The notes: generated by a model not told the origin, from the sequence alone. A stretch of DNA of 64,000 bases from Planctomycetota bacterium (GCA_965223845.1 CBDCXR010000004.1:4448001-4512000), one strand, 5' to 3'. Shown: positions 31,301-43,460, counted from the stretch's first letter. Made by a program: numbers and translations.

Positions 31301-34300
31301 AGCTGCTCACCTCCCTTCGCGAAGCGGCAGTTCCAGTAGCGTTGGGGTGGCTCAGCCCGATATCCCGACCTAAGGCCGCGTCCGGGGAGCTCCCAAATGC
31401 CGAGAGCCCCACTCTCGTCGCCCGTTGCGAGGAGCTGACCGTCAGGGGAGAACGCCAGGGATCGCACGTCTCCCGAGCTGGCGGTGAACGAGTGCTCGAC
31501 CTCGCTCGTCGCGACGCGCCGAACGACGACGAGACCCGCGTCGGTGTTGGCGATCCGCTGGCCGTCAGGGGAGAAGGCAATCTCACCCGCTCGCGACATC
31601 CGAATCGTGTGAGCCACGTCGACTTGGCCCTTCGCGTAGGAGAGAAGCGTCAGCTCTTGGGTGACGGGTGCGCCAAAGGCCAGTACCTCCCCGCTCGGCG
31701 AATACTCCAGACGAGTCGCCACGCCGCGGTGGGAAAAGACTTCGCTCCCGTCGTCCACGCCAACCGTCGACACGCTTCCCTCATTGAGTCCCGTGCGCCG
31801 ACTGTACGCGATCAGCGAACCCGAGGGATGGAACGCGAGCCGCCCCACCCGAGCGTTCGCGACGGGAAAGGATCTCGTGACTTCCAGCGTCTTGGCGTCG
31901 CGAAATTCGAGCGCGTCGACGAGAAGGCCCGCGATCAGCGATCCGTCGGGACTGAAGGCGAAGCTCTGGTACGCGAGTCCAAGTCTCCCCGTCACCTCTC
32001 CGCTCGTGAGATCGAAAAGGATGAGCTCGTCGCGCATGGTGGCTGCGAGCGTCTCGTCGGTCGGATGGAACGCCACGCGGGCTTGTGAGGGGGAAAAACG
32101 TCCCGCCCCATCGGGCTGAAACTTGTGCTCGAGCGCGAGCGTCGACACCCGGTGCACCTCGACGTTCCTCAGGGAATCGATCGACGCGAGCCAGCGACCG
32201 GTCGGGCTGAACGCGATGTCGACGACGAGGCCACGCCCGCCATCTCCCTTCGGAGCTTCGAGCTCGACCCCGGCGGGAAAGTTCCAGCGACGGAGCGAGT
32301 AGTCGTTGCTTCCCGAGATCAGAAGAGATCCGTCTCGGGTGAGAGCGAGCGCGCGGACGACTTCGGTGTGCCCCGCGAGGCGCCGGAGTCGCTTCTTTGC
32401 CTCGAGGTCCCAAACGGAGATGTCGTTTCCTTCCGCGCAAATGAAACGCCCGCTATCGGGCGCGAAGAGAACCGCGAGGGTCGGTCCCTCGAATCCCGGA
32501 AGATCCTCGCGAATCTCCCGCGTGTTCACGTCGACGATCGTGATGGGAGTGTCGTCGTCTCCATGGCCGACGACGAGAGCATCGCCACTCGGAGAAAACG
32601 CCAAACAGAACGGTCGCCCAGTGAGCTGGACGAGAGCGTCTTCCCCGGTTCGATCCGTGCTCCAGAGGCGGAGTTCGCCAGTGTCGTGACACGCTGAGGC
32701 GAGGAGCTTCCCGTCCGGGCTGAACGAGAGTGCGTTGATGTACTCCGTGTGTCCCTCCAGCTCGTGCGTGATTTCGAGTGCATCGCCCGCCACCGAGCCG
32801 AGGACCACGCCGCCGCTTACGCTGCTCGCCGCGAAACGCTCGCCGTCCGGGCTGAGGACGACTCGGCGTAAGCTGCCGATTCCGGGCGAGAGAGTCGACA
32901 GCCTCTCGCCCGAGTTCACCTCGTAGCAAACGATGGCTCCGCTCGCCTTCGCGACAAAGATCGCGGAGCCGTCCGCCGTCATGACGACCGAGTTCGAGTC
33001 CGTGCTGTCGTATCGCCGGGTGAGGCCACCGCTATCGACGTCCCAGAGATAGGTCCCCGAGTCCGACACCGTCACGATGCTCTTCTCGTCCGGGGTGAAC
33101 GCGATCCCGATGATCTCTTCGTCGACGCCGGAGAGCGCTCGGAGCCAGAGGGGCGCGACCTGTGTCGATCCTTCTTCGATGAGGTTTCTTGCGGCGCGCC
33201 ATTCCTCGGAATCTGGGCGGAGAAGAACGGGATGCTCGGCCTCGATCTTCTCGTCCGCCTCGGCGCGTCCGTAGCCTTCGAAGCCGATCGCCTTCCCGGC
33301 GAAGAGCCGCGCGGCGAAATGCCGCTTCTCCTCGCGGAGAACGCGCGCGCGCTCGAGCCAGACCGTGCCCTGCTCGTGGCGTGCGAGTTCGGCGAGACGC
33401 GTTGCTTCGTCGCGTGCTTTCTCGGCGTCTCCCTGGGCCTTTTCCGCCGCCGTCGCGTTTTCTTCCGCCAATCGCGCGTTCTCGTCGGCGTTGCGCTTGA
33501 GGCCGAAGGCCCAGATCGCGAGCAAGATGGCGATCACCGCGAGAACGCTGACTCCGGCGCCGAACGCTCGGAGATTGCGCGCAGCCTTGGCTCGACTCTC
33601 GGCGAGCGCGTTCGCCTGGGCGAGCTCGCGTTCTCGCGCGGCTTCCTCCGCGCGCTCTCGAGCGACGGCTTCGGCCTGACTCTCGTCGAGGAAGTCCATC
33701 GTCTCCGTGAACTCGCCGCCGTACTGGTCGGCCCAGGCGGCGTTCGGTTTTTCCGTCTCGCGCCATGCACGGGAAATCTGGAGATCGGGGCCGCGAAAGA
33801 GGCCAGCCTTGCCGGCGATCCAGAGAGCCGCCGTGTCGGCGAGTCGCCGATAGATCCGCGCGGACTGTGCCTCTTCTTCGACCCAGCCGCGGAGGTGAGT
33901 CCAGACGCGCATGAGGCTCTCGTGCGAGAGATCGACGACGCTTCCCGGTTCGAGCGACTGCGCGGCCGCGGGCATGAGGAACGTAACGCCGGGTGCGCGG
34001 TAGGCGTCGACGATCGGGCGGACGTCTCCCTCGGGAACGCCGACGATCGCGGCGAGGTCGCGAAGGCGCGTCGGCCGGCGGATCCCGCGGTGGTCGAGGC
34101 CGCGTTCGGTGAGTGCTTTGAAAATGCGTGCGGCGATGTGTCGATCGGCGTCGCGCGGGAACGCGTCGTAGACCTCGTCGGCGTGGCGCGAGAGCGCTTC
34201 TTCCATTCCGCCGGAAGCTTCGTAGTGCGGAAGGTCAATCTCGTCGGCGTCGACGGTGTCGTCAGCTTCGTTCTGCGCCCGCGAACCGATCGTGCGTTCC

Positions 34301-35106
34301 CACTCGTCCCACGTGCGCATGAGCGCGTGCTGAAGAATCGGAAGCTGATCGGGATCGTCTCCGACTGCGTTCAAAAGATGCTGAACGAGGCGATTCGAGA
34401 TCGCCGCGCCGCCGACTCTCACCGGACCTTCGATGGCCGCGCGAAGCTGCGTGCGCTTAAGGCGCGGAATGAGAAACTCGCCCTTGTTGACCGCCTCGGC
34501 GAGGCCTCGCAGACGCGCGCAGTCGCCGAGGTAGTCGGAGCGCATCGTGAGAACGATGTAGATCGGACATGCATCCGAACGAGCCGCCTCGAGGAGCAGG
34601 TTGACGAAGGCTTGCGCCTGGTCGTGGCGGCCGGAGCCGCTGTCGCGGAACCGGAAGATCTCCTCGAACTGGTCGACGATGATCGCGAGCTTGACATCAG
34701 GTTCGAGCTCGGACTGCTGGCAAGCTTCGACGAGGCCGAGGCGGCTGTGCCGGAGGGTGGACGTGACGCGCGGGAGGGACTCGGCGTCGTCCGGGTCGTA
34801 AAGCTCGGCGCGACAGAGCGCTTTCGCGAGGTTGCCGATGGGATCGCCGCCGGGACGAAGGACGGCGATCTCCCAGTTCGAGCCCGCCTGGGTCATCGTG
34901 CCGCCGTGGAGCTCGGGAAGGAGCCCGGCGCGGACGAGCGAAGACTTGCCCGAACCGGACGCACCGACGACGGCGATGAAGCGGTGCTCGCGAAGCCGCG
35001 TGAGAAGCTCGGCGGACTGGTCTTCGCGTCCGAAGAAGAGGTAGTCTTCGTCGCTCTCGAATGGGCGGAGACCCGGGAAGGGATTCAGTCGTGAGGAATC
35101 GTTCAT
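28351..35106 (-). CDS. nSTAND1-type NTPase + coiled coil + TM + WD40 propellers + helical region + galactose-binding-like beta-sandwich + malectin (paralog 1)
   Basis: [14 protein letters not shown]; Walker [10 protein letters not shown]; Walker B IIVDQFEE; LPILQHAL; DLSHESL; TM ~33500-33570; many FSPDG/GH..W repeats; FDDEAW..DDG..YLNGEE..GENVLA; [21 protein letters not shown]. Confidence 0.9.
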   Translation of the reverse strand: MNDSSRLNPFPGLRPFESDEDYLFFGREDQSAELLTRLREHRFIAVVGASGSGKSSLVRAGLLPELHGGTMTQAGSNWEIAVLRPGGDPIGNLAKALCRAELYDPDDAESLPRVTSTLRHSRLGLVEACQQSELEPDVKLAIIVDQFEEIFRFRDSGSGRHDQAQAFVNLLLEAARSDACPIYIVLTMRSDYLGDCARLRGLAEAVNKGEFLIPRLKRTQLRAAIEGPVRVGGAAISNRLVQHLLNAVGDDPDQLPILQHALMRTWDEWERTIGSRAQNEADDTVDADEIDLPHYEASGGMEEALSRHADEVYDAFPRDADRHIAARIFKALTERGLDHRGIRRPTRLRDLAAIVGVPEGDVRPIVDAYRAPGVTFLMPAAAQSLEPGSVVDLSHESLMRVWTHLRGWVEEEAQSARIYRRLADTAALWIAGKAGLFRGPDLQISRAWRETEKPNAAWADQYGGEFTETMDFLDESQAEAVARERAEEAARERELAQANALAESRAKAARNLRAFGAGVSVLAVIAILLAIWAFGLKRNADENARLAEENATAAEKAQGDAEKARDEATRLAELARHEQGTVWLERARVLREEKRHFAARLFAGKAIGFEGYGRAEADEKIEAEHPVLLRPDSEEWRAARNLIEEGSTQVAPLWLRALSGVDEEIIGIAFTPDEKSIVTVSDSGTYLWDVDSGGLTRRYDSTDSNSVVMTADGSAIFVAKASGAIVCYEVNSGERLSTLSPGIGSLRRVVLSPDGERFAASSVSGGVVLGSVAGDALEITHELEGHTEYINALSFSPDGKLLASACHDTGELRLWSTDRTGEDALVQLTGRPFCLAFSPSGDALVVGHGDDDTPITIVDVNTREIREDLPGFEGPTLAVLFAPDSGRFICAEGNDISVWDLEAKKRLRRLAGHTEVVRALALTRDGSLLISGSNDYSLRRWNFPAGVELEAPKGDGGRGLVVDIAFSPTGRWLASIDSLRNVEVHRVSTLALEHKFQPDGAGRFSPSQARVAFHPTDETLAATMRDELILFDLTSGEVTGRLGLAYQSFAFSPDGSLIAGLLVDALEFRDAKTLEVTRSFPVANARVGRLAFHPSGSLIAYSRRTGLNEGSVSTVGVDDGSEVFSHRGVATRLEYSPSGEVLAFGAPVTQELTLLSYAKGQVDVAHTIRMSRAGEIAFSPDGQRIANTDAGLVVVRRVATSEVEHSFTASSGDVRSLAFSPDGQLLATGDESGALGIWELPGRGLRSGYRAEPPQRYWNCRFAKGGEQLLVGGDGLRLMDPSTGKIVETLAAEQATGLAVSRDGNWVASATIRGAQGVSIWQLDTRERFRGPETSGSYSPGMGFSPDAKRLAVPTAEGVVVWDIARETRESFLESREPFSAKYSPDGTTIAAGLESGHLILWRVADGEEIGRLVDGERSGITRIAYSPDGEVLAAGGGGRVSFWSVPDRELRVTRTLATSGWVDVAFSPDGQYLATVCQSSPNAQIWTVATGALRAEVAIDANGSYVDFGPEGLVAICERGGTIHVRRVEALAAAPPRLGEFLTHFRIDARDVNMRTQTNFIGVPALVRTPSSDRSLLSVWRSSDSESELPPEALRSLASILVDAQNWTAAARVLSRVPASDVSEERTLFAKRIAGAVREHMEAERLEMARRLLEIASDVAPRDLVLAGLHAEVGLKASTDLPFTPLENLIVDAVSRRASAEEIAELFREKIRIRREARDPDGARTDLEDLVGTVGLDAAAGDLRAHLGEAVAAVTVEDDSRAAQLRLFALLLAEYFVARARDPKVAIESLASAPTLYGAAEIELLPADAEWSYLDEGAAPSDWTKPEFDDEAWNVGQGPLGFGDQRVATTLRRGGTKYVARTRFRVNPEALSAGTKILAKFLRDDGLVLYLNGEEFLRSNMPEGPLLERTDVRSLSTISGLLEQETHEHVLDAARLREGENVLAAAIYQANPASSDLLLRLELSASPGLASLLPAAEERPAVLDEIRGVLPPRVFRAAESSIRLSLLSEEEARDSTEKDPDAWRFRGDLLHRLGIAGAYVNSLDRATALLIDRSDEESRKKLDDLFCLVDDFLRRRGRVAEADERARPWIARELSEKKAIRINSGGDEFTDSSGKLWRKDRFASRGRRNRKFAEAAAGSDQEGLLSRQRYFGVVDSAGSYRFALPRGRYRVTLTLGEFFALRAGQRTFDVRIEGETVLEGYDALDHLEFAETETKSFEVDLEDDALDIEFVQGDADGPTVSAIEVEPLLP

Positions 35107-37910
35107 GGCGAGTCCTCCGCATCGTTCGGGGCGGATCGACGTAAGGCTTCGACGAAGGGCGCGAGAACTCTCGGATCAAAAGCGCCTTCCTCGCGGACGA
35201 CCTCGGCGAGGCGCGTGCGGAAACGTTCCTTCCGGCGATCGAACGGCGGAGCGATGTAGACGAGCTGCTGAACGAGCTCGCGCGTGCGGCCGTAACCGGC
35301 GGCTTTGAGGAGTCCGCGAAGCTTGATGTCGACCCAGCCGTGACGCGCGGCGCCATAGAAGATGATCGCGGCGTCGCAGTCGACGAGGTTCTGGCGGTGC
35401 GTCTCGGCGGCTTCGGATTCTTCTGCGTCGAAGTCGGGGAGGCTCACTTCGAAACCCTGATCGAAGAGGAAGTCTTCGATCGGCTCGATCGCTTCGGCGT
35501 CTTTGACGTCGCAGATGAGGTAGACGCGCGCCGGTCCTTTCGCGCGCGAATCGTCGTTTGCGGGCGTCTCGTCGATCGCCCCGGGAGGCGGAGTGAGCTT
35601 TTCGAGAAGGAGCTCTTTCGCCGCCTCGATGTGACTTTCGACGAGCTCGGCGCCGAGGTGTTCGGCCGGATCGCGGCGGATTCGTTCGATCCACTTCTGC
35701 TGACGCGCATCGCGGACTTCGAGGTCGCCCGGAATCCAGATAAGGCGCTCGAGCCCGCGAGCGCGGGACGCCTCGGAGGCGAGGCGGTTCTGCACTTCGA
35801 GAATCGATTCGCTCGAGCCTTCGGGCACGACGCCGTGGAGGCTTCCGACGATGTGGACCGCGTAGTCGGCGCGTTCGAGATAGCTGCTGAGCACCGCTTC
35901 GAGCTCCGAGCTGACGAGCGGAAGCTGCTGGTCGGGGAGGACTCCGTGTCCGCTTGCGAGGAGCTCGCGGCGCATCGCGTCTCGTTCCGAGCTGAGATCG
36001 GATGTCGTCGTCGCGAGGTAAACGAGCTTTCCCGAATCCGGCGCGGCGAGATCGGTGGAGCTCGACGTGCTTTCGCGAAACGCGCGGAGAACCTGACTGA
36101 TTTCGCGCGCGAGATCGTAGACGCGAGCGTGGTAGCGTTCCGTTGCCGCGGCGTCGAAGGAGCCGCCGAGCTCGCGGACGCGTCCGGTCGCCGGGTCGAC
36201 GTCGAAGAACTCGAAGTCGATGAGGGAGCCGAAGAGCTCAGCGAGGCGGACCGGCATCTCGCGTTCGGCGACGGGGTGCTTCACCACCTTGAAAAGGCGC
36301 GACTTCGACTGCGGAGTTTGCTCATCGAGAGCGACGGCGTCCCAGAACGATTCGACGTGACGGCGGCAACCCGTCGACTTCACAAAGGGAGGCGAGAGTA
36401 CCGAGACGAGCGTTTTGACGCGCGGGAGCTGCTCGAGCAGCCCTTCGTCGATCGCGGCGGTCTCGGCCGGACCGGGCAGACGACAGATCTTCACGCGCTC
36501 GCCGGAAATCTGTTCGACGCGAATCTCGAGGTTCCGGTGAAGCTGCGCGATCCAGCCTTCCTTCTCGTTGGCGAGCGGCTGATCGTCGACGCGGGCGTAG
36601 CTGATGAAGACGTCGCTCTCGGTGAGGACTTCGGGCGTGATCGGTGGCGGCATTGCCTCGACCTCGATGGACGCACCGACTGCGGCAGGAAGAGCAGAGG
36701 TTTCGGTCGCGATCGACGCGGTCGCACCCGCGGGTGAGCCGGAAGCCTGGTCGCGCGCGAAGTTCTTGAGGTCGATGAGAAGATCGCGCGCCGATTGATA
36801 CCGTCGCTCGATATCCTTCTCGAGGAGCTTTCGAACGATGCGATCGAGCTCGGGAGGAACCTCGTAATTGAACCGAGCGATCGCGTCGGGCTGCGCGCGA
36901 AGAACCTTGTCGGCAACCTCGGCGTACGTGTCGCCGGCAAAAGGTAGACGAGTCGTGAGAAGCTGAAAGAAGACGCCGCCGAGCGAGAAGAGATCGCTCC
37001 GGTGATCGACGTCGCGACCGAGAACTTGCTCGGGACTCATAAAGGCGGGAGTGCCGAGAATCGTTCCGGGTTTGGTGACGAGGTTCTCCGCGGATTCCTC
37101 GCGACTCCCCGAAGGATCGACGTCGACTCGCTTCGCGAGACCGAAGTCGAGGATCTTCACCTGCCCGCGCTCGCTGAGGCTGATATTCGCGGGTTTGATG
37201 TCGCGGTGGACGATGCCCTTTGCGTGAGCGGCGTCGAGCGCGTCGGCGATTTGCGTCGCGACATCGAGAAACTCGTCGAGCGGGATCGGGCCGTCGGCGA
37301 TGCGCCGATCGAGACTCTGACCTTCGACGAGCTCCATCGCCATGAACGGCCGGCCATCCTCGCTCTCGCCGACCTCGAAGATCATGCAGACGTTCGGATG
37401 GCTGAGCGCCGAGGCGGCGCGGGCTTCGCGAAGGAAACGGCGTCGCTGCTCGGGATCGCCGGCGAGCTCGGCGATGAGGAACTTGAGCGCGACGGGTCGC
37501 TGAAGCCGGGCGTCGACGGCGAGGTAGACTTCGCCCATTCCGCCTCGGCCGAGGAGGCGTTCGAGGCGGTAGTGGGTGGAGGGGGTTGGGGCCGGGGGGT
37601 GGTTCGGGGGAGTAGGGTTCGGCGAGGCGGAGCTCGATGAGCGGGACGTGGGCGCGGACGCGGAGTCTTTAGGATTCGCGGGCGTAGCGTCCGGATCAGC
37701 GTCGGACGGAACGCCGCGGACGAGGGGAGCGGGCCGGGTTCGCTCGGTGTCGTCCGATTCGAAAGACCGGTCGTAGTCGAGGAGGGACTCGACTCGCGAG
37801 CGAACCTCGGGATCCGGGCAGCGTTCGAGTTCGGCCTGCTGCTCGGCGGGGGGTAGGCTCGCAAGCTCCTGGAAGAGAGCTTCGACTTTCTTTCTTTGGT
37901 CGGCGTTCAT
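35103..37910 (-). CDS. Hanks-type Ser/Thr kinase fused to TIR-like, DUF4062-like and second TIR-like domains (paralog 1)
   Basis: [21 protein letters not shown] and MSPEQ kinase motifs; DVFISYA; [13 protein letters not shown]; [15 protein letters not shown]; ATGA overlap with the STAND gene. Confidence 0.9.
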   Translation of the reverse strand: MNADQRKKVEALFQELASLPPAEQQAELERCPDPEVRSRVESLLDYDRSFESDDTERTRPAPLVRGVPSDADPDATPANPKDSASAPTSRSSSSASPNPTPPNHPPAPTPSTHYRLERLLGRGGMGEVYLAVDARLQRPVALKFLIAELAGDPEQRRRFLREARAASALSHPNVCMIFEVGESEDGRPFMAMELVEGQSLDRRIADGPIPLDEFLDVATQIADALDAAHAKGIVHRDIKPANISLSERGQVKILDFGLAKRVDVDPSGSREESAENLVTKPGTILGTPAFMSPEQVLGRDVDHRSDLFSLGGVFFQLLTTRLPFAGDTYAEVADKVLRAQPDAIARFNYEVPPELDRIVRKLLEKDIERRYQSARDLLIDLKNFARDQASGSPAGATASIATETSALPAAVGASIEVEAMPPPITPEVLTESDVFISYARVDDQPLANEKEGWIAQLHRNLEIRVEQISGERVKICRLPGPAETAAIDEGLLEQLPRVKTLVSVLSPPFVKSTGCRRHVESFWDAVALDEQTPQSKSRLFKVVKHPVAEREMPVRLAELFGSLIDFEFFDVDPATGRVRELGGSFDAAATERYHARVYDLAREISQVLRAFRESTSSSTDLAAPDSGKLVYLATTTSDLSSERDAMRRELLASGHGVLPDQQLPLVSSELEAVLSSYLERADYAVHIVGSLHGVVPEGSSESILEVQNRLASEASRARGLERLIWIPGDLEVRDARQQKWIERIRRDPAEHLGAELVESHIEAAKELLLEKLTPPPGAIDETPANDDSRAKGPARVYLICDVKDAEAIEPIEDFLFDQGFEVSLPDFDAEESEAAETHRQNLVDCDAAIIFYGAARHGWVDIKLRGLLKAAGYGRTRELVQQLVYIAPPFDRRKERFRTRLAEVVREEGAFDPRVLAPFVEALRRSAPNDAEDSP

Positions 37911-38336
37911 TTGTTGTTTGGCGCCCCAGCTGTGTTTTCCGAAGCGGATACGATATCACGACTTCGGGGTATTTTGGGCACGCGGGGCGTGCGCGCGCAT
38001 CAACAGTCCGACGGGCGAATCCAGACCGTCATGCGTAGAAGAGGAATGGGAACCGTCACGAAAGCCGACCGTATCCCCCCGAATCTCCCTCGCGCACGTG
38101 GGACGCGTCCGCAAGGAGTGGACGGACGTCGCGATCAAAGCGATCGATGAACTTCATCCGACCTCCGCCGTGTCTCGTTCGATCGTCGTCCTCGACGTAC
38201 GCGCGCAACGCCCGTCCGAACGAACAGACCCGTGAACGATTGCTTCGCGCCGAGAACCGGATGATTCGCGTTTAGATGGGTCAAGCCCAACGCCGGTGCC
38301 ATCTCGAGATTTCGTACGATCGGCGGAGCGATTTCC

Positions 38337-38735
38337 GAGGTTCCGCTCGAGATCACGCCCCCTCCCTGCTTCGCCCATCGCGATCTCGAGGAATTCGAAG
38401 CCGAGCTCGAACGAGAGGTCGAAGAGCGCGAGGCCGCGTGCCGATCTGAAGTCTAGATGGAAGGACCGGGGTTCCTTGGCGAGAAGCGAATTCGAAATCA
38501 AAGCCCGACCGACACCCCCCAAAGCTACGAGAAGAAGTGGAATCTCTCGCCGACCATCTAGGCGAAGCGACCAGATCCGAGGACCCAAGAGATTCGCGAG
38601 CCCGTCATCTTCTGTAAGCGCTACCGAGCGGCGCTCGAGAAGTATCGTGAACGGGTCAAGAACGTCGTCTTCCCGGCCGGAACCTACGTCGCGCAGGTGC
38701 GGACCGACTGTCTGCGTTTCGACGGATTGTGCTGA
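38337..38735 (+). pseudogene. C-terminal remnant of a Y1/HUH (RAYT-like) transposase with two in-frame TAG stops
   Basis: EVPLEITPPPCFAHRD..EVEEREA..*..GFLGEKR..YEKKWNLSPTI*AKRP..RYRAALEKY..KNVVFPAGTY aligns with the copy at 40172-41163. Confidence 0.8.
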
Positions 38736-39237
38736 AGAAGTTGGTGGGTCGACGCAGGTTGTGTTGATTCGGGCGAACCGGGGTGCGGTCGACGCCTCGG
38801 CGACTAGGCGAAACTCACCTGGAAATACCCAGCTCTACCCACACCTTTCCAGCTGGGCCCCGTCGATTCGAAAGGGAGCCCCGGTTCGGGCGGTCCCGCA
38901 GCCGCGAGGCGAGGAGCCGTTCGGCGTCCCCCAACCAGCGGCGGAGCGCGTCAGGGTCTCGGAAGTCGATCCCCGCCGCTTCAGCACAGTGCGCCCCTCT
39001 CTTCGCGGGGAGCGACTCACTCGCGAGCGCCTCGTCGCTCGAGGCGCTCGCGCCTCGTGAGCAGAGATGCTCACCGACGAGTTCTGCTTTTGACGCAGTG
39101 AGAATCGGGGTGTTGACGCATCCGATGCTCGGTTCGCAATATACGCCGGCGGAGGAGAGTCTGGTGAACTCCGGCCTATATCCGAAAAGAAATATGTGCT
39201 ATGCCGCGGCGGGATCCTCCCGCAGCCGCAAGGCGAG

Positions 39238-39823
39238 TGTAGTGCTCCCCTCAGGTCAAGCCACCTGGTTGGATTGTTTTGACCGGAACTGAGCTGGACT
39301 GAGATAGCAGAGCGCCTGGTGAGGGCGCACCTCGTCGTACCAGCTGATCCACGATTGAACGGCGCGTCGCGCCTCCTCGAAGTCTTTGAAGTTGTGCTGC
39401 CAGGTGCACTCTTCTTTGAGGCTCCTGAAGGACCGCTCGATCATGCCGTTCTGCTCGGGCGTGTACGGCGTGATGTACTCCTGGCTGAGGTTGTACGTGC
39501 GGCAGGTCTCACGAAAGCGTCTGGACTGGAATGCGAGCCCGTTGTCGCTACGGAGGATTAGCCTCCGCCCTGACGGGCGGAGGGTTCCGAAGCGATTGAG
39601 GCAAGCCTCCTCGAGGGCTCGCTCGGCCTCGCGAGCCCTCGCTCTCAGCGAGAACTCGTACCCCACCACTTCGCGGCCGTGACAGTCGATGACTGCCGAG
39701 AGGTGAGCCCAGCCGTCGCGTCCGCAGGGGATGTGAGCGATGTCTACAGCCCAGCGAAGGTTGCTACGCTCGGAGCGACTCGTCCGTGTCTGAGCCCGCG
39801 GTCGCGGCGTTCGCGCACGCTGA
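39238..39823 (-). mobile_element. Truncated IS3-family element: integrase core and right terminal IR
   Basis: RWAVDIAHI..VID, LRSDNG, PEQNGMIERSFRSLKEE and RPHQAL..LSP motifs; ends ...TTGACCTGAGGGGAGCACTACA at 39238; OrfA and the OrfB N-terminus are missing. Confidence 0.9.
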
Positions 39824-40171
39824 TTGTAAACGTCCGGTGAACCCAGGTCCGTCGCCGACGTACGTTTCGCGACATTCGCGGACGCTCGACCGGTCAGGTA
39901 ACGAGCGAGGTCGAGGTTCCGCGAAGGCGCGTTCTGATGACCGGCGAGTTACTTCCCGCGCACTTCTTCGATGAGCTTCTTCAGCTCCTTGAGCACGGGG
40001 AGCGCCTCTTTACGCAGCCCCCCTAACCCCGTCCATCCTCAAGGATCGACGTTAATCGCCGAGTTCATAGTCAATTCAAACTATGGAGCGCGTGGCAGCG
40101 GACGTCGGATCCGCGTCGGGAGTCCGTCGTTCGCCTCTCCGCTGGTCAGAAAGCCAACTCCCCCACGATTC

Positions 40172-41163
40172 TCAATCAAGAGATCGAAAACACAAACAGA
40201 CCCTCCCCGCAATCCCGCGCCACTCTTGGCGCTTCGGTCTCCGGATCCGCGCGCCGCTACGGACAGCCGCACCGCTCCCGACAGGAGCGGCTCGCACCGC
40301 TGAAGATGGAACACCCGCATAAGGTTTCGTCCCGGCCGGGAAGATCACATTCTTCACGCCGCGGCGGTACTCGAGGAGCGCCTCCCGGTATCGCGAGCGG
40401 AACCTGACCAGCGCCCGGATCTCCGCCAGCCGCGGACCCGGCCGTTTCGCCTGAATCGCCGGCGAGAGCTTCCATCGCTTTTCGTACGACCGGGGCGAAT
40501 CGGTTGGCTTCTGCGCGAGCGCCCGCTTCTCACCGAGAAATCCACGTCCCGACGCTTCGATCTCCGCCCGGCCTCGCGTTCTTCTACTGCCTCTTCCACC
40601 TCCCGCGGGAATTCCTCGTCACTTCGATTCGCGAAGCTCGCGGGCCGGACGATCTTGAGCGGCACGACGTCTGGCATCTTGCCGGAGAAGAACCAACCCG
40701 GTCTCTCCGCGAGGACGGTCTCTCCGAATTGGCTCGGCCGACTCCGCGCGCCCGGCCATTCCTTCGCTCGCGGAACGAGACCCGAGGACACGGGATTGCA
40801 GAACGTGTAGACGAGCTGCCGGAGCACGTCTTCGGCCTCGACCGCCCGCACACAGATCGTCTGCGAGCAGTCGAACATGCTGCCAAACCTCCCGCGAAGA
40901 GCGTTCATCGAACGCGTCAGAAGGAGGTGGAAACACTGGATAAACTCACAGATCCGCCCCTCCGGGTCCGTCGCAACCACGTGGTGATGGTTCGAGAGCG
41001 CGACGTACGCGTGAATCTCGATTCCGTTTTTCTCGGCGGCGTACGCGAGACAGTAGAGAAAGGCGCCGTTCACTTTTCGCTCAGGGCGCAGCAGGAACTG
41101 ACGCTGAGTGCACCGGCGCGTAATGAGATACGTCGCGCCCGGAGTTACACGTCGTGGCAACAT
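40172..41163 (-). pseudogene. Y1/HUH transposase (RAYT/IS200-like), frameshifted near 40550
   Basis: YLITRRC, HAYVALSNHHH (HUH), YTFCNPVSSGLV..WP; C-terminus continues in another frame as GFLGEKR..RYREALLEYRRGVKNVIFPAGT; RBS GAGGAG. Confidence 0.85.
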
Positions 41164-41609
41164 TCGCGTTCTCCTCGTTTGACAGGAGGCGGTGTGCCAT
41201 TCGGAGCTCGGTGGGGACGGGCAAGGCATTGGTATCATCGGGCGCCAGCCGCCGCCCGCAAGTTCGAATCGTTCGCGGTCTTTCTTCCCGGGTCCCAGTT
41301 GACCGCGAGTCCTTTCCGAACTTCGGTATGAACCGGCGCACGGTGAGTCGCCCGCAACCTGGTGCGAATTGAGCGAGCCGCCCCGACGCCCCCTGGCTCA
41401 AATCGCCGCCTGTCCGGTCGCCTTGCCCTCTCGTTGCTCCCGGAGGGAGCCTGCGTATTTTCGCCGGCGCGAGCCGCGGCTTCCCGACGACCACGAATCC
41501 GGAACGTGCCCAGCCGTATAGCCAAGGATCGAACGATCCCCCGAATCCATCGTGCACGCGACGAGGCACCGTTCAGATTCATTCGATGCCTGAATTCTGG
41601 CGAGGAGCC

Positions 41610-43460
41610 TCAGTCTCCCGGCGCCGCCGTCACCTCCCGACGCGCCCCCGTCCCTGGATCGTACTCCGCGTCCTTGAGCCAACCGACGAACGCGATGCAC
41701 ATCTCGTCGGTCGTCTTCTCTCCCCAACTGATCTCGGCCGGTGGATCGTTCGGGTTGTGCGGGTTCCCGGCGGAGTTGTCGAAGGTTCCGACGACATCGA
41801 TCCGCGTTCCCGCCGGGAAGTGGATGAGTTCCTTGAAGTGATACGTCGCTTGCCAGTTGAAGTCCCAGTCGTCGATTCGAACGAGCGGGGAGATCGTTCC
41901 GTCCGGTAGCGTTGCCGTCACCTTCATCGCCTTTCCGAGGAGATGCATGTGCGGCGTAACGGAAAACGCGTAGACCGGCTCTTCGACTTTCAAGCTCGCG
42001 CGGATCTGGTAATCGGAAGCGTCTGCGGGAATCGTGAAGTCACGATTCGCGACGATTCCGGAGCGGACGCGAACCGGCCGCTCCTCCCGCGTGAGGTAGA
42101 TGCCGAGTTTCGTCTGGTCGCGTTCCTCGAGTCCGGTACGGTAGTAATGCACTTGGAGAACGATGTCGCACTTCCGTGGAAGCCACCGGCCGGTCCCCGG
42201 TAACGCTTTCACCGGGAAATTCCCCGGTGCCCAACCTCCGATGACGGAGGCCGGCTTGAACCCGGTACCACCGAACATCGTATAGCCGGGTCCTTCGTCG
42301 GCGGCGTCGAGCTCGCGAGCCTTGCCACTCGTGTCGATGAACGCGATGACATGATGCACGGTGGCACGATTCCCGGGACGCACGTCGACGGCTTGGACGA
42401 AACGATCGCGATCGGCTTCGTAGGGAATAACGAAGTGCCGGTAGTCGTCCTCTCCCTCCGGGCCGATCGTGTACTCCTCCGGCATTTCGACGACCATGTC
42501 CGGCTCGCCGAGCGCCCATCCCTCGGAGAAGATCGGAGCCGGCGGCATGTCTCCGAGATGGCCACGCGGCGCGCCCGCGTCGACCCATTTCGCGATCAGG
42601 GAAATCTCTTCGCGCGACAGGCTGCTATCGTTTCGAAACTGCCCGAATCCCGGCGCGGCCTTCCACGGCGGCATCAGCCGTTTCGCCGTATACGCTTTGA
42701 TCTCCCTCCGCCAGCGACGCGCCTCCTCGTAGTTCGTGAGAGGAAACGGTCCAACCTCGCCCGGTCGATGGCAAGACTGGCAGTTGTCTTGAAGGATGCG
42801 AGCGATGTGTCCGGTGTAGGTGACATCTTTCCTTTCGATGTCCTGCGCGAGGTGAATGCTGCAGCCGAGTGCTTTGGTTTCGGGCGTTTCGATTTTTCGC
42901 TTAGCGAGAGCCGCCGACAGCGCAGCGTCGAGGTAACGCTTCCGAACTCGATTCTCGTAGCGATGATCGTCGATCGCGCCGCGGTAGAGTAGCCTTCGCC
43001 CTTCGCCCACGAGCAGAACCTGCGGGGTCATGCTCGCGCCGAGCTTCTTTGCGATGTACCCGCTCACGTCCCGCGTGACCGGAAACGGAAGGCACGCCGC
43101 GACGGCGAATTCTCGGATTCCAGCAGCGGTTTCGTCGCCGTTCGAAAAGACACCGATCAGCGTCGCCCCTCGAGCGGCGTAGGCCGTGTGCAGCCTCTTC
43201 AGTCGCTCGATGTAGCGTTTCGCGAGGGGACATGTCGTCGAAAGAAACACAAACGCGACGGGCCCACGCTCGAGTCGTTTCTCGAGTCGAATCGTTTGGC
43301 CGCTTAGGTCGTGAAACGAGATCGGCGGAACGACCTGCCCCACTCCGAATTCCCGATGATCGCTGTCTTCGAGAAGATTGTGACCCGGTCGGATGGTGGA
43401 GTCGTCGGCGAGAGTGCTTGCGGCGATCGTTAAGCAACAAAGAACGAGAGCGATTCTCAT
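41610..43460 (-). CDS. Redoxin domain + cytochrome c + copper-type-II-monooxygenase-like protein
   Basis: TTCPLA..YRGAIDD..GCSI (redoxin); CQSCH..MPPW; VHHVI, LQVHY, PHMHLLG, WDFNWQ and DEMC motifs; signal peptide. Confidence 0.85.
   Translation of the reverse strand: MRIALVLCCLTIAASTLADDSTIRPGHNLLEDSDHREFGVGQVVPPISFHDLSGQTIRLEKRLERGPVAFVFLSTTCPLAKRYIERLKRLHTAYAARGATLIGVFSNGDETAAGIREFAVAACLPFPVTRDVSGYIAKKLGASMTPQVLLVGEGRRLLYRGAIDDHRYENRVRKRYLDAALSAALAKRKIETPETKALGCSIHLAQDIERKDVTYTGHIARILQDNCQSCHRPGEVGPFPLTNYEEARRWRREIKAYTAKRLMPPWKAAPGFGQFRNDSSLSREEISLIAKWVDAGAPRGHLGDMPPAPIFSEGWALGEPDMVVEMPEEYTIGPEGEDDYRHFVIPYEADRDRFVQAVDVRPGNRATVHHVIAFIDTSGKARELDAADEGPGYTMFGGTGFKPASVIGGWAPGNFPVKALPGTGRWLPRKCDIVLQVHYYRTGLEERDQTKLGIYLTREERPVRVRSGIVANRDFTIPADASDYQIRASLKVEEPVYAFSVTPHMHLLGKAMKVTATLPDGTISPLVRIDDWDFNWQATYHFKELIHFPAGTRIDVVGTFDNSAGNPHNPNDPPAEISWGEKTTDEMCIAFVGWLKDAEYDPGTGARREVTAAPGD

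Noticed and set aside
11421-38561. Amber (TAG) recoding suggested by in-frame TAGs in broken genes
   Set aside because: Several intact genes end at TAG at their expected C-termini (556, 3425, 12259, 18669, 63004), and the TAGs occur in otherwise decayed sequences
38810-39080. Possible gene fragment (minus strand, AGIDFRDPDALRRWLGDAERLL)
   Set aside because: Protein-like, but with no recognisable family or clear start; cannot be supported
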